From the NCBI GenBank assembly GCA_002633005.1, contig NMRA01000022.1:1-64000 (forward strand): DNA of 64,000 bases. The letters are read 5' to 3'. The notes below the pieces were generated by a model that ran no database searches, had not been told where the DNA came from, and was given only the letters and a program-made list of their open reading frames with translations. This stretch comes from Phoronis australis (lineage: Eukaryota > Animalia > Phoronida). Shown here piece by piece: positions 24,381-35,907 of this stretch (the stretch's first letter is position 1; every line of letters starts with the position of its first letter). Both the position numbers and the translations under genes were made by a program.

Positions 24381-26559
24381 AATTTGGACTGGTTGGATGT
24401 GTTTTGCTAACACATCTATTATAACTGACCAGATTGCCCATCTCCAATAAATGATGCACATTGTGTCAATCATTTACAATTCTGAAACCACAGAACTGTA
24501 GCCCAGGAATGCCCATGAGGTTGCGCTGCGCATGTGTGGAATTTGGCTGCATTCGTTTGTTCCGACACTTGCCAGTGAATTTAATGCCACTAAAACCATT
24601 CGCAAATCTGCCGTTTTTCAACCAAATTTTACAAGTTATTTCGTTAGAAAGCCCTTTATCAGTTCTTGATGGTGTATCGTTATAACAGAAACAAAAGATA
24701 AAAAATTTAGTTCAAAAATAATCGTTTTGCATACCTGAGTTTTACCAAAAAAGAAAGGTCATCACAGTGTAATGGTAACATAACAAGAACAACACGAAGC
24801 ATTGAAATGCACCCACGAATGCATCGCAAATGGTGTGCTTCTAGGGGTGTTTATCTGTATCATAAAACATGCTCTGAACATTCCCACTAAATAAGATTGG
24901 TCCTAACCCCAATGGTCAAGGTAAACGGTGGGGTATGGAAAATTGAACTAGACCGTATTTATCCACCTTGGCTGAGTCGCACTCGGCTCACGATCAAAGG
25001 GATGCCGCCAAGCTGCTCTATTCATCAAGTCAGGAGCGAGGATAATTGGCTTTGATCATGCGAATGTGATCAGCTGATTACAATCTACTTAGCAGACTGT
25101 ACTTTTTATGGAGAGAGTTTTAAGTAGTTTTTACTGTAATATTTGAAAAGAGGAGCGAAAACAAATATGAGTACAACTTTGAATTTTTCAAATCGGCCCA
25201 GGATAAGAGATTTTGCAACACAGCAAAAATAACTCACGATTACTTTCAATCGGCGCGCACGAATACAAAAATATAGGACTCAAGTTATTTAGATTTTGGA
25301 ACACATGCATTGCAATATTCAAAATACGTTTATTATGAATCTTACAAGCTGTAAAACGACGTTGTTTAATTTCATTGTGCTCATTCATTGTCATCCGTCA
25401 AATCGGCAATTTCCGAGATGTGATCTGCGGCGTGCGCGTATGTGTACAAAACACGTGATTGTTATGTTCCTGAAGTATGAAAATTAAGAAACTTTAGCGT
25501 GCCGTTATTATTGACAGGGACACGATAAAACGAATTTGGATTTTGACTATAGTCTTGATACAGCGAGCTGGCTGACCACTGCGTCAGTGTCTCCGTTAGA
25601 CCCAGAAATTTCACACAGATCGGGTAGTTCACTTCGTCCTCAACATGTAGATCGAGCCTTGGACTATTAATACTCCACGGTAGAGCTAACGACCGTCGGC
25701 CTGTGCACACAAAATCTGTGAGTTAACCAGCACTCACCTTGCACGTTGCAGCCGTTTAAATGAAAAACAATCTAGTAAACGCCATTTTCCTGCATAATAC
25801 CCCGCCTTTTGTAACAAAAAAGCCTATCGTCGATGACCCACACAGGCACGCTCCGGCACTCACTCTCATACGCAGACGAACTTCAAAACAAACGTCTCGT
25901 GACAACAACATGTGTGTTCATCCAGACATTTTTCTCGTGTTGTGGGGTACAGCGCAGATTTGCACTTAATCGCAATTAATCTGGACTCCACGTGAACTTT
26001 ACACACAAACGTCTAGACAGCATTTTTGTCAAACAGGGAATGCAACCCCCAAAGAGCCATACAGTGTCTTTTTGTTTTTCAGTCAAATGGGAAATTGCAG
26101 GTGATGCAGAAACCCATGAAACATCCCAAACTCAGAAATCAAACGTCTCTTATTTTAATCCGTAAAATGCTGTTACATGATTTTAACAGCCAAAAATGTC
26201 TTGTTGAAAAACTCCTGTAATGTAGTTTGATAGGTTGTCGAAAGTGGTTATAAGACAGGAGCTGAAAAGATATTACAGACCAGACTATTCACAGCTTCCA
26301 GTCAGGACTTCTGGTCGGTGCGTAAAAAGAATGACCAGTCTAATTGTCGGGTTTGTTGACTAATTTTGTCAAGAAATCATTGGTTGTCTGAAACTGTAAC
26401 TCAGAAGTCTTGCTTGATGAACAAAACAAAAATGAAATAAGGCTTGATTTGATATATAAAACAGTCAATTAAAACTCAGTCAAGCAGACAACTGGAAAAT
26501 CGCAGTGCGTTAACTCACAGCTAGTCTCGGAGTGGTGAATTCTAAAATAGAATATAAAG

Positions 26560-26880
26560 GTCTCCTGAATGTGGAAGTTGGAAGTTTTATCCGCAATATA
26601 TCCTCAAGAATTATGGTGGTGAACTGTTGTGGTCATGTAATTTGAAAGTAAACAAACTATTAAGAACGGTAAATGATGTTTTTACAGAGAGGTTTTGTCA
26701 GTGAGTGAGCAGTTGAATCATAATGCTTTTAAAGATGTACCTGTTTGTGATCAGATTATATCTCATAACAGAGAGATAACACTTAATAATAAGTCACTAT
26801 ATTATAAAGAGTTTGTTAAGAATGGGCTATGTTTCATCAATGACTTTCTTGATGCTGAAAATAAATTGTTAAATTCTCAA
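26560..26880 (+). mobile_element. Decayed L1/Tx1-like non-LTR retrotransposon, ORF2 C-terminal fragment
   Basis: DQIISHNREITLNNKSLYYKEFVKNGLCFINDFLDAENKLL resembles the Q.IW.N..I....K..FY..W...GI..I.DL.D...FL pattern; frameshifted upstream. Confidence 0.65.
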
Positions 26881-28002
26881 ATTCTAAGTTTTAATTCAAT
26901 ATGTATTATTTTATCTCGAAAAATTGATCAAGGTCATCAGCAATTGGTCGGCTGCAACAATAAAATTTGCTTAGATTTTAATAAAATTGCAAAAGAAAAA
27001 ATCAAGAGTATTTTGTTACAAGCACAAACCATTTTAATTATCTCACTGATGCACAGCAAATAACTGCAAGTAATTAATAACTAATTCAGTAAAATAATCC
27101 CAAAAGTTTTAAATCTTCCTCTACATCACTGTTCGAGATGGAGCTGACAGTTTTTTATAACAAAAATCAAGTGACATACAAGTAACTCATATCAATGGAC
27201 TAATGCAACATCAGCAGAAAATATGGTCACTAGAATCGATAAAAAAATTGAAATTCATGGTTCAATCTGTTGCAGTCTTGAAAATTTTTAAATGAAAACC
27301 TGAAAATGCAATGAGTAGGTGTAGAATTAGTCGTTCAAAAATTCCCAATCTCTGTCCTCACCTCCTTAAAAACAAAGCAGCTTCACTTCATAAAGAGGCT
27401 GCCAAGACACCCATAGACAAAGTTACATCATTCTGACAACTGGCTCATACAAGATATCACAAATATCTTTAATATGTAGGATTTTACAATAACAAGCTAA
27501 CAAAAATACACTAAACTCCCAAAAAGTGAGATTCATCCAAAAAGTAAAGGCTGTTTCCCTTTCCTTGACAGACACACAGGAACCAGTTGAAATTTAACCT
27601 CTCCCTTTTAACAAGTCTAGCAGAATAAGGTGGCAAAAATGCCAAAAATCTAAAATGACTACCACAAGGTGCAAAAGTAGCCAGAATTTTCTTAACAGAA
27701 ACATATTTCTCAAAGTGAATGAAGATTTATCGCTTAACTGGGTTGATAAACAGGCAAGCACACAAAACGCAGTTGTCTCTAGTTTTGGGAACATCCACCA
27801 TCAGACCAGCCTAAAAATTCAGCTTAAGCCATCGTGTCCGTAAAAAGTATCTCTCTGCTTAAAGATTGGATCTGGCAAAGCATAAAACAGGCATATATAA
27901 CAAGGCAGGTGAGCATAGTCTCTTACAATTTTTCCCCAAAACGTGATTAGTCCCAGCCATGGCTGAGTGGCAATGTTTACTCCATCCCGACTACAAACCT
28001 AC

Positions 28003-28098
28003 CTCTCGGCTAGTAGCGCGTTATCCGTGCACACCCCTGCACTCTCAAAGTCACTCCAATCACATCCAGGCACAGTGGAACAGTAAGCTTTGGATAAT
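28003..28098 (-). CDS. Host gene, module 3 exon A, Cys-rich (LSKAYCSTVPGCDWSDFESAGVCTDNALLAE)
   Basis: tttctAG / GTAGGT; 96 nt, phase 2-2. Same length and Cys spacing as 34005-34100. Confidence 0.9.
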
Positions 28099-28297
28099 CT
28101 AGAAATTATAGAAGACACTTTTGCAAAATGAAGTCGAACTAAAGGTATGGTTTACGTGCACAGCATCACGCCTCCAGACATTTTTCTTCAATGTGTATAA
28201 ACATGATTATTACATAGAGCTAGAACTACAGTACAAAACATCAATTTATGAAAGGTTTTTCAGCGACTTGAATGGACAGCATTTTGCTTTCACACAT

Positions 28298-28751
28298 CAG
28301 GGCCCAAATCTTGCCCGATAACCAGCCTTGAAATGGTCAGAGTGAACCTTTCCCCACAAAAATCGGGAGGACTAAAAAAAAAAAAAACGTTACCACCATC
28401 AGTAGCATGCATCTGCGTCCTTTCAGCTAGCCCGTCCTCTCCCAACCCACACATTTTTGGCTGCAGAGCGGTAGTATTTGTCGCCGCGCTTAACAATAAC
28501 ACGAGACGCCATTGAATATCTCCCACCACGCTGTCCCGGCAATGTTGACAATTTACGTTCCTCCGAAACATAAAGAGCAACTTCCGCTTTTCGAGGTGAA
28601 CGTCGTCTGCAACGCCGCGGTAAGAAAGGAATTTGCCGCGGAAATTTTATATCAAATCCGATTTTTTTACGCGGAAATATTATAAAAAAAAGCGGAAAGC
28701 ACATTTGAAAAAAGCGGAAATCCACGTTTCCGCGGAAAATTCCAAGCCCTG
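28298..28751. mobile_element. Non-autonomous hAT-like element with a 6-bp TSD
   Basis: CAGGGC...GCCCTG termini; ACACAT on both flanks; subterminal GCGGAAA repeats. Confidence 0.7.
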
Positions 28752-29153
28752 ACACATTCGACAAGCAACAATTTTTCACCAGTTTTAATACTAATCATTC
28801 GTAAAGTTCTAACAAAAGAATCTAACTGGATTTTACTTTGCAACAGTGAATATTTAGAATTAAAAATTTCACTACAAGGCCATCCTTAAAATACATAACT
28901 ATAACTGTTTTCCCTTCACTATCCCACTCATAAGAGTTGGGTAGGTAGGTCAGTAAAATGATTTACTTTTCTACCTTTCATTGTTGGGAAGCATTCAGCT
29001 TATCACAAAAATGCTCATTTTCAATTGAAAAATATTTCTTTTCTAAGACTGTAAATAAAGTGTTTTGAGTTGCACTCATATTTTAGGCTGCCTGTGGAAG
29101 GGAAAACAAGCCTTCAAACTACATTTAATCATCTAAAATATTTAACTCTTTAC

Positions 29154-29344
29154 CCATCTTCACATGTTCTTGGACACCGGCCATCTATTCCGCCGATATA
29201 CTGTGCAGTAGACACCAGTAATTCCCGCCCCTCAACTTTGATTGACACTTGCTTTTTGTCCACTTTGTCCTTCAGTTTCTTGAACTCACTCAACAGGTGG
29301 AGCTTCCCGCCAACAGGTTTTGAAATGATGAAAGGAATGTATGC
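29154..29344 (-). CDS. Host gene, module 2 exon E (AYIPFIISKPVGGK...GRCPRTCED)
   Basis: ctttacAG / GTAAAG; 191 nt, phase 0-2. Identical length to 61266-61456. Confidence 0.9.
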
Positions 29345-29414
29345 CTGTAAAGGTTTATCAAGAGGAAATTATTTTAATAGCCATAAAATGTCAGACTTCA
29401 TTTTTGGTTAGTAT

Positions 29415-30505
29415 AACAAGAGCATTAAAAGCGCCCACAGCAGGGCCATATCACAAAAATGGCCATTTGACGACACGGAATATGTCGAAACAGTGCGAAA
29501 AAAGGAAGGCATGGCTGATACACTAATAGAAAGCCATTAGCAAAATTTGATAAAAGTCCGTCAAGGAACTCGAAAGATACACGAAAACGCAAAAAAAATA
29601 AAAAGGCGACAACATGTAGCAGAATATGTTGAATCCATCCAAAAATGGAAACGTCTGGTCATCTTCATAATAGAAGCTTGTTTGCAAAATTTTGTTAAAA
29701 AACATCAAAGAGCTCTGAAGACACAAACACAAACACAAAAAAATTCCACAATAGGGCACAGCAGTAGTTTGAGCTATCCAAAAGTTGTAGGCAGCGCATT
29801 TATAGCACAAATTTCACAATTAGATCCTGTGAATGGTTACCAAGATACGACCATGTTCCCAAAAAAGACAAAATCACCACTAGGTGGTGCCACATTTGTG
29901 TCATACCTCTCTGAAAATCAATGTCAGCAATCAAGTCTTCTCATAAGAAACATACCTGTTAAGACTCATAATAATCTTTTGATTGAGCAGTTTGACACAT
30001 AACAGGGCAGACGCCACAAAAGATCACCATGATAAATATGGCTATTAAGTGGGGCACACTATGCTGTATCAGTTTGAAAATGAAAAGCTGCATTCAACTT
30101 CTTACTTCATGTCAAGAACCTCTAGCAATGAAATCTGAAGATACAGAGACAAAGGTAAAGAAGTGCTACTCACAATGATCCTGTGAGCGGTTTGGTGGAT
30201 AGACAGACAGATGTCATAACACAGACTCAAAAAATATAGAGAAACAGCCAGATTAAATTAAATCCATCAAAAAACGTGAAAATTCTTCACAGAACCCCAA
30301 AGAAGTAGAGAAAAGCATAAAAACTAAAATTGCCACTAGGGTGCGCTGCGGTAGTCATGGACATATGTTGCCAGCTTTACAGAAACATTATTTACCAAAT
30401 CTCTTTGAAATCCAGCTATAGGAGCAGGGCAATGGATTCCTAGATGTACAGACAGAGATGGCGACAATATGCACTCACTAAGATATAAGTGGCCGCATAG
30501 AAAAG
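29415..30505 (-). mobile_element. HINE-like element
   Basis: AACAAGAGCA end; (AGAC)n remnants; terminal segment CAGAGATGGCG...ATATGCACTCACT..AAGTGGCCGCATAGAAAA resembles 8428-8478. Confidence 0.55.
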
Positions 30506-30767
30506 AATCTTAAGTGTCAAAACTCTGATGGTACAACCATGTTGAGGATGAAAGTAACGACTAAGTTAAACTTATAAAACCAACAAGTTTAATAATTTAA
30601 GGAATTTCTATGGATTTCAAACAGTTCTTGCTCATTCAGTGCAACCTAAACTGTTGAGTCACAATATTTTTTACCACTTACCAGCGATATCATAACAGAA
30701 TTTCTTTTAAAAGTCTGCGACTCTCTGATAAATAAAGCATAGCAAGGGGTAGTCAAACTTTCCTAAC

Positions 30768-30933
30768 CTTATCTATCCAGACATTGGACAAGGTTTCGGT
30801 AACCGCTGGGTGCATCACGTTACGAACGATACTGCGTACACTGCCAACAATCTGACTACGAGCCTCGAGCGGGGTGGCCTGGAGAATGGTGTCGAGAGAG
30901 ACACCTGGTGACATAAACAGACGAATCTGAAGG
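30768..30933 (-). CDS. Host gene, module 2 exon D (LQIRLFMSPGVSLDTILQ...LSNVWIDK)
   Basis: tctttcAG / GTTAGG; 166 nt, phase 2-0. Paralogous to 62700-62859. Confidence 0.88.
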
Positions 30934-31546
30934 CTGAAAGATATCCCAGTGTTCACATTAACATTACAATGGCATGAACGTTATAAAATATGATAAAGTG
31001 ACATCCAGGCAGGAGGAAATCTAGAAATTGCTAAAAACGACCTACGTAGATATTTTGAGTGTGTTCAAAAAGCAAATGATACAAATCTACAGCAGAAGAC
31101 AACACGCAGAACACATAACCAGAAAATACCAAAAACAAACTAAAGTCCCAGTGAAACAGTTGATGGCATTACAATGTTGATATTAATTGCAAGTTTTTCT
31201 TACTCTTCAGAGCTGTGTCAGTATTTCGCCAAAAATTAATCAAGAAATTAATGATGGTATCTGAAATATAGGACACTGAAATTTAATTTGAAGTCAAATT
31301 TTAACTATTCTGAAATGTAAGAGGTAGGCAATGTGATATGCTTTTAATTTTCTACACTGCCAATCAAGGGCTTGAAAATAGACTTTTCAGTCAAAACGCC
31401 ACGCTCATAAGTAAAGCGTCTCGGTAAAAACCGACACAGACTGCTCAGCATTGTGCCGAAACATATTGTACAGTCATTAAAGTGTGTTGAATTCACCAAA
31501 GTATTTCAAGGTTGGTTTTTCAACAGTTTTGCTTCTTCCCACTCAC

Positions 31547-31737
31547 TGTGTGAATTCATCAGCCGGCATTATCTTGTCGTCAGTCCTGTAAGCGTCTACG
31601 TCCCTGTTGGGGCCCACTGTCGCCTTTCTGGTCCAGCTGAATGTACCGTTGAATGCCTGAAGGCTCTCCCACACCGGAGGGTCCATCATCGTGCCTTGGA
31701 TGATGAAAATTAAGCGGGAACCATGGAAACTAGAGCC
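31547..31737 (-). CDS. Host gene, module 2 exon C (GSSFHGSRLIFIIQGTMMDPPVW...ADEFT)
   Basis: ttttcAG / GTGAGT; 191 nt, phase 0-2. Confidence 0.9.
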
Positions 31738-32416
31738 CTGAAAATGCCGGGAAAAATCAAATTCACACTAAATAAATCTGATGAAACGTGGAACACCCTT
31801 ATCATAACAAATCTTTAGAAACAAGACAATTATGTGGTAGGAGATACCAGACTTGTGAAATTAACTATGCTCCGAACAAAAAGTACCAGGCATTCACACC
31901 AACAGGGAAGCAATATGTACTCTAATGGACCTACGTATACTCAGATTTTTCGAAATATAGACCTACTTTTTGGAGCAACCATTTCCCAACAGCCAGTGCA
32001 ACTTTTGAGGTGCCAGAAATTGAAAAGTGAAAAATACACTGTTTTTTGAATAAACAACCAAGGGATTACCATCAGAATTTCCTGGTTACAACTGCTTATG
32101 TTAAAATATGCCTATGGTTATGTAGGACCCTAGAAAAGTGGCCAAAGGTAGCATAAAATATCATATCTCAGAAATGGTTGTCTGGACTCATATGAGACTT
32201 TCAAATCACTATGATTAATGCAAGGTTCTCCAAAACGCTGAAAGAAATTGTGTTTGAAATGTTCCGTTTTTGTATGAGCGCCGGGTTATCAAAAAATAGG
32301 ACTTCTATGGGTCTGTACAAAAAATCTAAATTTTCATAAAGAAACATAAAATGATTCAGGAAACTTGGATTTCTTGGTATAACAAATTTAAAACGAACTC
32401 TCAATGAATATCTTGC

Positions 32417-32570
32417 CTGCGTTATTTTAAATGAGTGTAAAGCCTTCTGGGACACATCTGGCAGCAGTGCCTCCACCTGGTGTCTAAAGTTGGATAGTAA
32501 TTCCTGTTGGCTTGCTTGGTCAAGATCATCCAAAGCATGAACACAAGGGAGGAACACAGATATTTCGGAC
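32417..32570 (-). CDS. Host gene, module 2 exon B (SEISVFLPCVHALDDLDQ...KALHSFKITQ), GC donor
   Basis: tttttctttttggcAG acceptor; CAG|GCAAGA donor at the position equivalent to the GT donors of both paralogous exons; 154 nt, phase 2-0. Confidence 0.85.
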
Positions 32571-34004
32571 CTGCCAAAAAGAAAAATGGTCGATTAGGAT
32601 CACAAGACAAGTGCATTGGCTTTCTTTTACCAAAACTGATTTATCAAATTCAAGGAAATGGACGGAAATAACCAAAGATCACTCTTTATGCCATTATTAC
32701 ATGACAAAATATTGCTTTAACTTATTAATGTAATTTTCACGTTAAACACACTATTGTCACGTTTGCACATAATTTTGAATACACAAAGATCATGTTATCT
32801 TTTTCGAGAAGTTGTCAAGTCATTTGCAATCTTTGTTCTAATCTAGTTTGGTACCCACCATGTATTTAATTGATGGGAGAAAAAAAGTGCCAGTTTGATA
32901 ATTAACTATTTTAGCAAAAGACTAATTTGGCATTTCACTAATTGCCGACTCAGTGCTACCAGTTTTCAACAACACTATCCTCTATTTGTCCTCTATTTAA
33001 AGAAGCATGGAATGCGAATTTAAAGCTCATCAAAATTATCTTTTAAACAATTCCTGATGAAAGTACCATCTCACAACGTCTAGTACAGAGTAATGAATTC
33101 ACTTTTCCCTGTGAGAAAATTTCCAGAAAAAACACAAAATTCACGATATTTGAAATATGCATGAAGAAAAAACTTGTGGTTACCACAGCGTTTATAGTCA
33201 GTTGATTAAAGTCTTTCAAGGTCAAAGGTCACATTTTCCATATAAGGGAAATGTGCTGTCTCTATGTCTTGCCAAAAGATGGATTAGGGCTTTTTTGAAA
33301 TTTGAAATTAAAAGAAAATGCTTTGACATCAACAGAAATTAAGAAATTAAAAATCCTTACGAGTAAACTGTAAAAATACCTGCTGAGCAGGTTGAATACC
33401 AGTGGCAGAGAAGCACTTTCAATTTTGCAATTTAGTCTGTTTCAAATCGTGTTCCAGGCAGAGTATTTTGTAGTTCCAGACTTGAGCGCAGTAGAATTTG
33501 TGGCATATTATATATTTGGCATTCAACCTAGCAATTTTCAGTGCAAAATTCAGGCACCCCATTATTCCTTGGTTCATTGCAAACTAGGCATCAGAAAGCA
33601 ATAACCATTGTTGGACTGCACTCAGCTTAGCTATGCAGGGTAATTGGCCTCTGACCAAATGAATGTTAGCTAATTTCATGCCAGTCTGCAGAATACTCAA
33701 ACTCAATAAACAGAATTAATTCATACATAAGTTGCCATTACCCACAGGAATCCCTTAGGAAGTCTTGGCTTTTCAGTTTTTCTCCACCAGGCTTATTAGC
33801 AATATGAGGCAAGTGATTTCTTTCAAGAGGTATTCTAGCACAACCAAGAAAATATGATTTAACTGTGACAGTTTTGGTCATTTTTTCTGGGTTACGAACA
33901 AAGAATTTCACTCTACGCAACAGTATGAACTTTATGGTGATGTGCATTTCTGCTGTTGTGTTGAAGAGAATCAAATGGTATTAAACATCTTATAGACAAC
34001 ATAC

Positions 34005-34100
34005 TTCTCAGGTAAGAAGCTGTTATTGCCACAGGTGGGCGGTTGATCCAAGTTGCCAAACGTACATCCAGGGATTTTGTTACAGCTGGTTTCATTGAGG
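34005..34100 (-). CDS. Host gene, module 2 exon A, Cys-rich (LNETSCNKIPGCTFGNLDQPPTCGNNSFLPE)
   Basis: tcctttcAG / GTATGT; 96 nt, phase 2-2. Confidence 0.9.
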
Positions 34101-35427
34101 CTGAAAGGACAAAATACAGCATCAACAGACTAGAGTTCCTTCGATGGATTACCAGTACATACAAACGCATTACGTTTATTAAAGTCAAATTATATAAATA
34201 GCAAGTATAAGTTTTCAAAAGGGAATTCAAATTTAGCCAAAAGCACATGATCCAAGTAGGCAATTCCATTCTTCACCAAAAGGTGGCTCCCGTCACTGAC
34301 AGTACAATCCATTCTGAACAAAATTTTAAAATCAAAATTAGAATAACAACTGAAAAATCAAACATGTCAGAACAGCACGAATGCCAACAGACACTGCCAA
34401 CAGACACACAGGACGTGCATGTCAGCTGACAATCTCTGAAGTTCAAGTGTACTTTCAGTGCACTAACTGTGGATAACATTTATCTGCATTGTTACAATGG
34501 GATATGACCAGTTGTTGTTCAACATAATTTAAAGCAATAACTACATTTTTTACGATGGCAGCTACTTTTTTACTAGCTGGAAGCCATTTTTAAACAGGTC
34601 ATGGCCCAGGCAAATGTGACACAAGTGCTGCAGACAACAGATGGCGACACATTAAAACATGTTGTGAAGAATCACTGCAGTCATCTAGAATTTTCCAATA
34701 TTTTATAACCAGACTCAGTCTATTTTCCACACAAGATACTTATCTGCAATTAGGTGGATGTAAAGTATATTTATAAGGTTAAGTTAGTGAAGTGATTTAA
34801 TGCACACAATATCCGACACTCAAACGTTCGATTCGCAATTCAGACAAACAGTATGCACTTTTCACGCACACAAGTGGTAAGTATTACATACATTCACCTT
34901 TTTATCTCAAGGAGTCATCTTTCCAAGCCCCTTGAACAATGAGGAATTTTGCACTTAAAATTTCAACTCAGACAGCAAAATGTAAAGATTATAGAAATTT
35001 GAAGCTGACTGTCACTGGAACATGAGACTTGAATTCGACAGTGTACAGCATTGTTGTACAGAGCTCAGATAACGCTTGTATAGTTAGAGACAAACTCACT
35101 CACCAGTAAGAAAAGTCTAGTTTGGGACAGTGTGGAATTGTAATTCTAAATTTATTTAGGGCAAAACTAACTGTCTGAGTTGTCACTACTCCATTTTTAA
35201 AAAGTTGATTATTTCGCTACAAATTTTAAAAACTTTACGAAACGCTGTTTTACAACATCTACACACTGCAAACTAACATTAATGTTTTTATTAATTATCT
35301 TAAAATTTACTCCATTTGAGAATTTTGACACAATAAAATTTCTATTGTCATTATGTGTTAAATAGGTCAAGAATTACGTAATCCTAAATGGGCCCCTGGC
35401 ACTGAGAGCAAAATTACAGGAATTTAA

Positions 35428-35907
35428 GGTTACTATGCAGGACCTGACTGCAAGTCAATTTACTCAAACATCTACAAAACTATAGATTTTAACTTAGTAA
35501 AGTATACATTTTCTAGAAGAAAAAATGTAGAATTCCATTTTTGACCACATCATTTTCGTAAAATTTAGCAAAAAAACTACACTGACAGCAAAACAACAGT
35601 ATCAATAACACATTGTCAATAATAAATGATCAAGATCCGGTCTAAAAAAGGATAAGAGTTTTCTAGAATATCATTTTGTTTTCGTTTCACGCAACTTTTT
35701 TTTTTCTTGAAATCACGAAAGTCTCAATTCTGATAGAGACTCAAAAAAGAGGAACATTTTAACAAAAAAATCCTAGCAACGTTTTAGAGAACAGTGTATC
35801 AGGCACCGCATCTGAAAGTTTCATCAAAAGAATCCAATCGGCCACTCCTAAGAAATGATGCTCTAAAGTTAGGCAAATTTGAAGATTACCTAGGGTCTTG
35901 CATAACC
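35428..35907. mobile_element. Non-autonomous Kolobok-like element
   Basis: TTAA|GGTTACTATGCAGGACC ... GGTCTTGCATAACC|TTAC: imperfect TIRs and TTAA-type target. Confidence 0.6.

Noticed and set aside
33743-33835. Open 93-nt phase 2-2 minus-strand segment IPLERNHLPH...DSCG
   Set aside because: Not needed for colinearity and no similarity to any module exon.
34380-34479. CQLTCTSC resembling the end of exon E
   Set aside because: No usable donor; the true exon E is at 61266-61456 with identical 191-nt length.
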